Shown: in pieces, positions 48,921 through 52,944 of the stretch
Layout of the letters: the number at the start of each line of letters is the position of its first letter
Numbering within the stretch: the stretch's first letter is position 1
Source of the DNA: Bacteroidota bacterium
GTDB taxonomy: Bacteria; Bacteroidota; Bacteroidia; Bacteroidales; PUMT01
DNA length: 52,944 bases
Direction of reading: 5' to 3'
Assembly: GCA_003551495.1 (NCBI GenBank)
Contig: PUMT01000022.1
Coordinates: 1-52,944, forward strand
Notes under the pieces: model-generated
Databases searched by the model: none
Seen by the model: the letters and a program-made list of their open reading frames with translations, nothing else
Told to the model about the DNA's origin: nothing
Translations under genes and position numbers: made by a program

Positions 48921-49133
48921 TCAATACATACAACCTGTTTTATTTTCTTTCTCTTCTTCCTCCTCTTCTTCTTCATCTTCGTCGTCACCCGGCGGAGGAA
49001 TTATTATATCTTCATCTTCTCCGATAGGCAGTCCGTTGGTTCCGCCCCTGAGGGTGCCGAGTTCGTTGCGTGTTAAAACTGTTTCTTCAGGAAGTCCTGC
49101 CAAAAGGCTGAAAAAGTTTTTTGTAGTTTTCAT
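48921..49133 (-). CDS. Double-glycine-leader precursor peptide 2 (31-aa leader, 39-aa acidic, Pro-rich core)
   Basis: Leader ...EETVLTRNELGTLRGG has L(-12), E(-8), L(-7), L(-4), GG; paralogous to the leader of peptide 1. Confidence 0.82.
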   Translation of the reverse strand: MKTTKNFFSLLAGLPEETVLTRNELGTLRGGTNGLPIGEDEDIIIPPPGDDEDEEEEEEEEKENKTGCMY

Positions 49134-49363
49134 GACTTTAAAGTTTCAGGTTAGGTTTTATAATATTTTCAGGTGATTTTCAGCTTGGTTTTTAATCTTT
49201 GTTCATCTATAGGTGGGAAAACCTTAAATTTGTGACACGAAAAAGATCCCGGGTTTTCATTTTTTCTAAATAAGAAACTTTGTTTTTTGTTGCTTTACTT
49301 TGTTTTATGATTTATTTTCTAAATTATATTTTTTAATTTAATTTGCAGGGTTTTCTGTTTTGC

Positions 49364-49396
49364 TTTTTCGACCCAAACTAAATGCGGGTCGAAAAA
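49364..49396. promoter_or_regulatory. Perfect 11-bp inverted repeat in the divergent promoter region
   Basis: tttttcgaccc-N11-gggtcgaaaaa. Confidence 0.5.
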
Positions 49397-49482
49397 CAAT
49401 TTTCTTAACCCTGTAAGGTATTAGCTTGAAACTTAAAAAAATAAATATCGTAAAATTCAGGATATTAATCATATAAATTTTA

Positions 49483-49490
49483 TATGTTTG
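49483..49490 (+). promoter_or_regulatory. Bacteroidota -7 element upstream of the CHAT gene
   Basis: TATGTTTG(C) ending 47 nt before ATG 49538. Confidence 0.5.
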
Positions 49491-49537
49491 CCTGCAGGGA
49501 TTGCACGGTTTTATAATATAAAACTATTAAAAGTACC

Positions 49538-52342
49538 ATGCCTTCAGCAAGAGCCGGTTTCATAGCAATATTCTGGATATTGGCGGCGGTTATCTTTCAG
49601 CTGCCCGCCTATCCTGCAGTTGCTTCCGGCGACACTATTGCATCCGATTCTGCCCTGCATTTTTACAGGATTGGAATATCTCAATACAGTGAAGGGCATA
49701 ATGAAAAAGCACTTGAGTCTCTTAACAGGACACTTCAGTTCTACAACAAAAGACCCGACACAGAAGCATCTGAGATAGCAGGTGTTTACTCCAACCTGGG
49801 TGTTGTCAGCAGGGTTCTGCTGAGATACGATGATGCAATAAGGTATTACGACACAGCACAGGTGATTCTGGAAGAGAATTTCGGGACAGATCATATAAAC
49901 CTTGGGGTGGTTTACCAGAACCAGGGGAACATATACAGGGAGGGACGCGACACCCCGAGAGCCCTTCAGCACTATTACAGGGCTCTGGCAATTTTTGAAA
50001 AACATGAGGGCATTCCTAACTGGCTTGCTTCCCTTTACAACAATATTGGATTATCTTATCTCGATACTGAAGAGTATGAAACTGCAATAAATTATTTTGA
50101 AAAATCTCTTGAACTCAGAAGAAAGCATCTGCCCCATGCTATAAGGACTCCTGCAGGGAACCTGGCAGTAAGCTACTATTACCTGGGAAACGAGGAAGAG
50201 TCCTCCCGCTATTTTGAAATGGCCTTGCAATCGACCATTGAGCACCGGGGTAAACTTTATCCCGGACTGGCAAACAACTACCTGAATTACGGCCTTCTCT
50301 TTGCAAGTGTTTCTCTCGATTACGGGAAAGCTATGGAGATGTACGAAAAAGCACTACACATCTTCGAGCACCACTTCGGCGAAAGAAATCCGGGCAGGTC
50401 TCGAGCGCTGATGAACATGGGGGGAGTTTACGAAATGCTCGGCAACTACCGAACAGCTATGGATTATTACCAGGAATCGCTTATTGCCATAAGCAGCTCA
50501 TTTGAATCCTCCTCCTGGGAGGACAATCCCGGAATAGAAAGCGCCCTGTCGTATACATACCTCTACGAAACACTGAGCAGGAAAGCCAATGCTTTGAAGG
50601 AACTGGGACTGGAAGAGGGAAATACCAGGAATATAAGACTGAGTCTTGAGACATACGACAAAACATTACGTGTACTTGAAACCATGAGGATGGGATACCA
50701 GACCGAAGAGAGCCGCCTGCACCTCTCCCAGAGTGAAAGCGACATATATCCGAAGGCAATAGATGCAGCATACCATATGTACAGGAAAACGGGTGACGAA
50801 ACTTATATCGAAAAAGGGTTCAACTTTTCAGAGCGCAGCAAGGCAGCTGTCCTGCTGGCCTCAATGAGAAATATTGAAGCACTTGAATTCGGAGGTGTGC
50901 CGCCTGAACTAAGGGAAGAGGAAGAAGGCTTGAAAAGGAGCCTGACAGCCTACACCGAACTTATTTACGAGGAAAGACAAAGGGCAAGGCCAAACGAGCA
51001 AAGGATCACCAACTGGGAAGAGAGAATATTTGAATTAAACCGGGAACTGGCAAGGCTTACTGAATTTCTGGAAAAAGAGTACCCAGACTATTACAACCTT
51101 AAATATGATCCCCGTTTCGTCTGCATAAGTAAAGTCCGTTCCGGTATGGCCCGGAGTGAAACCCTCCTTTCATACAGCATAAACGACTCTGTGCTGCACA
51201 TTTTTGTTGTAAACAGGAACGGCACACACTGGGAAGAAGTGCCTCTCCCCTTCAACCTTGAAGAAAAAGTCAACTCCTTTCTGGGGTTGATGAACTTCAA
51301 TTCGCTGTCAACCGATGCAGGAAACAATTTCAGGGCATTTTCAGAAATATCACATTTGCTTTACAGTATACTGGTACAGCCGGTAAGTGAAATTATCAGA
51401 GGCAGGAACCTCATTTTTATTCCCGACGGGGTTCTTTCATACCTTCCCTTTGAACTGCTCACAGTCAACAATGAGCCACACTCGGGAATAAACTTTGCAG
51501 CGCTCCCCTACCTGCTCAGGGAGCACCCTGTAAGTTACGCTTATTCTGCAACAATATGGACTGAAACACTAACCCACGAGATCAGTCCCAATAAAGACCT
51601 TATAGCTTTCGCTCCATACTATGAGATGGCCACCGGACAGGATACTGACAGTCCGGCCAGGGGTTATCGCAACAAACTCACTCCCCTGCCTGGTGCAAGG
51701 GCGGAAGCAAGGGCAGCTGCAGAAATATTCGGGGGAAAAGCCCTTTTTGACGAAGATGCATGTGAAGCAAATTTCAAGAGCATTGCAGGGGATTACCGGT
51801 TTATACACCTTGCTATGCACACGGTTATTGACGATGATGACCCCATGTTCTCCAAGCTGGTCTTCACGGATACCGGCGGAGAGTCAGGCGAAGATGACAT
51901 GCTCAATACACATGAGATATATAACCTCAGACTGAATGCGAGACTGGCAGTTCTAAGCTCCTGCAACAGCGGATACGGGAAATTGCAAAAGGGAGAGGGT
52001 ATAATGAGCCTTGCACGCGGTTTCCTTTTTGCAGGAGTGCCCTCGATAGTAATGACATTCTGGGAGATCGAAGACAAGTCGGGTGTAGACATAATGAAAA
52101 GGTTCTACCACCATCTTGGCAGGGGGAAGCGTACTGATGAAGCGTTAAGGCTTGCACGGCTCGAATTTATTGAGAACTCGGACATGCTTAGGTCACATCC
52201 CTATTTCTGGGGAGGCTACGTGTGCATAGGCAATCCAAGGGAGGCGGTCGCAACCGCACGTATCGTTCATACTGCCGTCATTGCTGCAGTTATAATTCTG
52301 GCACTGGGAATAACCTGGCTTGCAAGGAGGAAAAGAAAGTAA
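49538..52342 (+). CDS. TPR-CHAT (caspase-like, clan CD) protease with signal peptide and C-terminal membrane anchor
   Basis: Signal peptide, multiple TPRs (YSNLG, YQNQG, YNNIG, YLNYG, LMNMG), SERSKA, IPDGVLSYLPFE, IHLAMH (His761), VLSSCNSG (Cys809), HPYFWGGY, terminal TM followed by RRKRK. Confidence 0.93.
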   Translation: MPSARAGFIAIFWILAAVIFQLPAYPAVASGDTIASDSALHFYRIGISQYSEGHNEKALESLNRTLQFYNKRPDTEASEIAGVYSNLGVVSRVLLRYDDAIRYYDTAQVILEENFGTDHINLGVVYQNQGNIYREGRDTPRALQHYYRALAIFEKHEGIPNWLASLYNNIGLSYLDTEEYETAINYFEKSLELRRKHLPHAIRTPAGNLAVSYYYLGNEEESSRYFEMALQSTIEHRGKLYPGLANNYLNYGLLFASVSLDYGKAMEMYEKALHIFEHHFGERNPGRSRALMNMGGVYEMLGNYRTAMDYYQESLIAISSSFESSSWEDNPGIESALSYTYLYETLSRKANALKELGLEEGNTRNIRLSLETYDKTLRVLETMRMGYQTEESRLHLSQSESDIYPKAIDAAYHMYRKTGDETYIEKGFNFSERSKAAVLLASMRNIEALEFGGVPPELREEEEGLKRSLTAYTELIYEERQRARPNEQRITNWEERIFELNRELARLTEFLEKEYPDYYNLKYDPRFVCISKVRSGMARSETLLSYSINDSVLHIFVVNRNGTHWEEVPLPFNLEEKVNSFLGLMNFNSLSTDAGNNFRAFSEISHLLYSILVQPVSEIIRGRNLIFIPDGVLSYLPFELLTVNNEPHSGINFAALPYLLREHPVSYAYSATIWTETLTHEISPNKDLIAFAPYYEMATGQDTDSPARGYRNKLTPLPGARAEARAAAEIFGGKALFDEDACEANFKSIAGDYRFIHLAMHTVIDDDDPMFSKLVFTDTGGESGEDDMLNTHEIYNLRLNARLAVLSSCNSGYGKLQKGEGIMSLARGFLFAGVPSIVMTFWEIEDKSGVDIMKRFYHHLGRGKRTDEALRLARLEFIENSDMLRSHPYFWGGYVCIGNPREAVATARIVHTAVIAAVIILALGITWLARRKRK

Positions 52343-52344
52343 TA

Positions 52345-52944
52345 TCACACTTCATCGTCCCTCCTCTCTTTCATTATTCTTTTGAACTCCTTGTCATTTT
52401 TTATATTCTTCATCAGATGCCTCCAGCAGAGATACTTTTTTCTCCGGGCATAGCCGGAACTTCCATAACCCATCTTAAAGGCAATATGGTCATAGCTGTG
52501 TTTTCTGTAAAACATTGTAAGCACCTTTTTACAGTCAAATGCCAGATTCCGGTAATGCCTCTGGTAAATTTTTTCTTTTCTCAGGTATGCATCTCCCCTT
52601 GCCGGTGCATCAATCTTGCCTTCAACCTCCCTCTCTTCTGCAAGCGGTTCCTCAACACTGCCTTCCAGTTGCCCCTTAAGTTTATTGCGAGTTGCCGAAT
52701 CGGAACCCTTTGTGTCATACCAGAGGAACCTGCACATTACAAGGAAATATGAGGAAAAAGAAGCCTTAATATGCAGTTTGCCTTCGCGTAACTTTTTGAA
52801 TACGGAAATTACGGCATCCTGGAAAAGATCCCGTGCATCCTGCTCGTCGCCTTCATTATCCTTCACAAACTTCAGAACGGCGGGGAAGTACCTGCTGTAG
52901 ATATACTCCAAAACATCATTGTCCTTGTGGCGAATTCCATATAA
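52345..52944 (-). CDS. ECF-type sigma-70 factor (5'-truncated by the window edge)
   Basis: Frame stays open to base 52944 (LYGIRHKDNDVLEYIY...); region 2 DARDLFQDAVI, region 4 CKKVL..FY..HSYDHIAFKMGY...ARRKKYLC. Confidence 0.88.
   Translation of the reverse strand, partial: LYGIRHKDNDVLEYIYSRYFPAVLKFVKDNEGDEQDARDLFQDAVISVFKKLREGKLHIKASFSSYFLVMCRFLWYDTKGSDSATRNKLKGQLEGSVEEPLAEEREVEGKIDAPARGDAYLRKEKIYQRHYRNLAFDCKKVLTMFYRKHSYDHIAFKMGYGSSGYARRKKYLCWRHLMKNIKNDKEFKRIMKERRDDEV

Noticed and set aside
48773-49076. Plus-strand Phe/Leu-rich small ORFs (also 48198-48473)
   Set aside because: Antisense reading of the GAA-rich peptide genes; the minus-strand frames carry the conserved leader.
48285-49133. 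Lanthipeptide, sactipeptide or classical bacteriocin precursors
   Set aside because: The cores have 0 and 1 Cys, are net acidic, and no modifying or immunity gene is visible in the window.
52345-52911. Sigma factor starting at TTG 52911, or a truncated pseudogene
   Set aside because: The frame remains open to the window edge, so the real start lies outside the window.
49538-52944. Type III-E CRISPR-associated Csx29/CASP-sigma module
   Set aside because: No Cas7-11, Csx30/31 or array in the window, and the CHAT has a signal peptide and TM anchor. Used only as a mechanistic analogy.

Overview
A 52.9 kb chromosomal segment from a Bacteroidota bacterium, most likely Bacteroidales/Marinilabiliales-like. 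The assignment is inferred from protein families and TAnnTTTG promoters. Bases 1-42.5 kb are mostly housekeeping and metabolic genes: yidC, pyrG, DUF349, trmD, a PfkB kinase, a PatB/MalY lyase, pfkA, an SLC12-like transporter, secreted hydrolases, a LysM protein, a NuoE/NuoF/GltD-NuoG-fusion (Stn/NfnABC-like) flavoenzyme operon, purC, phoH, mazG, pckA and ppdK. The right end (42.7-52.9 kb) is the most interesting part. It holds a C39-peptidase ABC exporter (PCAT) with HlyD, two small paralogous double-glycine-leader peptides with charged low-complexity cores, a membrane anti-sigma-like TPR protein, a sensorless histidine kinase with degenerate ATP-binding boxes, a signal-peptide-bearing, C-terminally anchored TPR-CHAT (caspase-like) protease and an ECF sigma factor cut by the window edge. 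No RiPP-modifying enzyme is present in the window. I infer this may be a peptide-signalling circuit working through protease-controlled sigma release. No rRNA, tRNA, CRISPR array or transposase was recognised. All calls come from motif reading only; no database searches were run.
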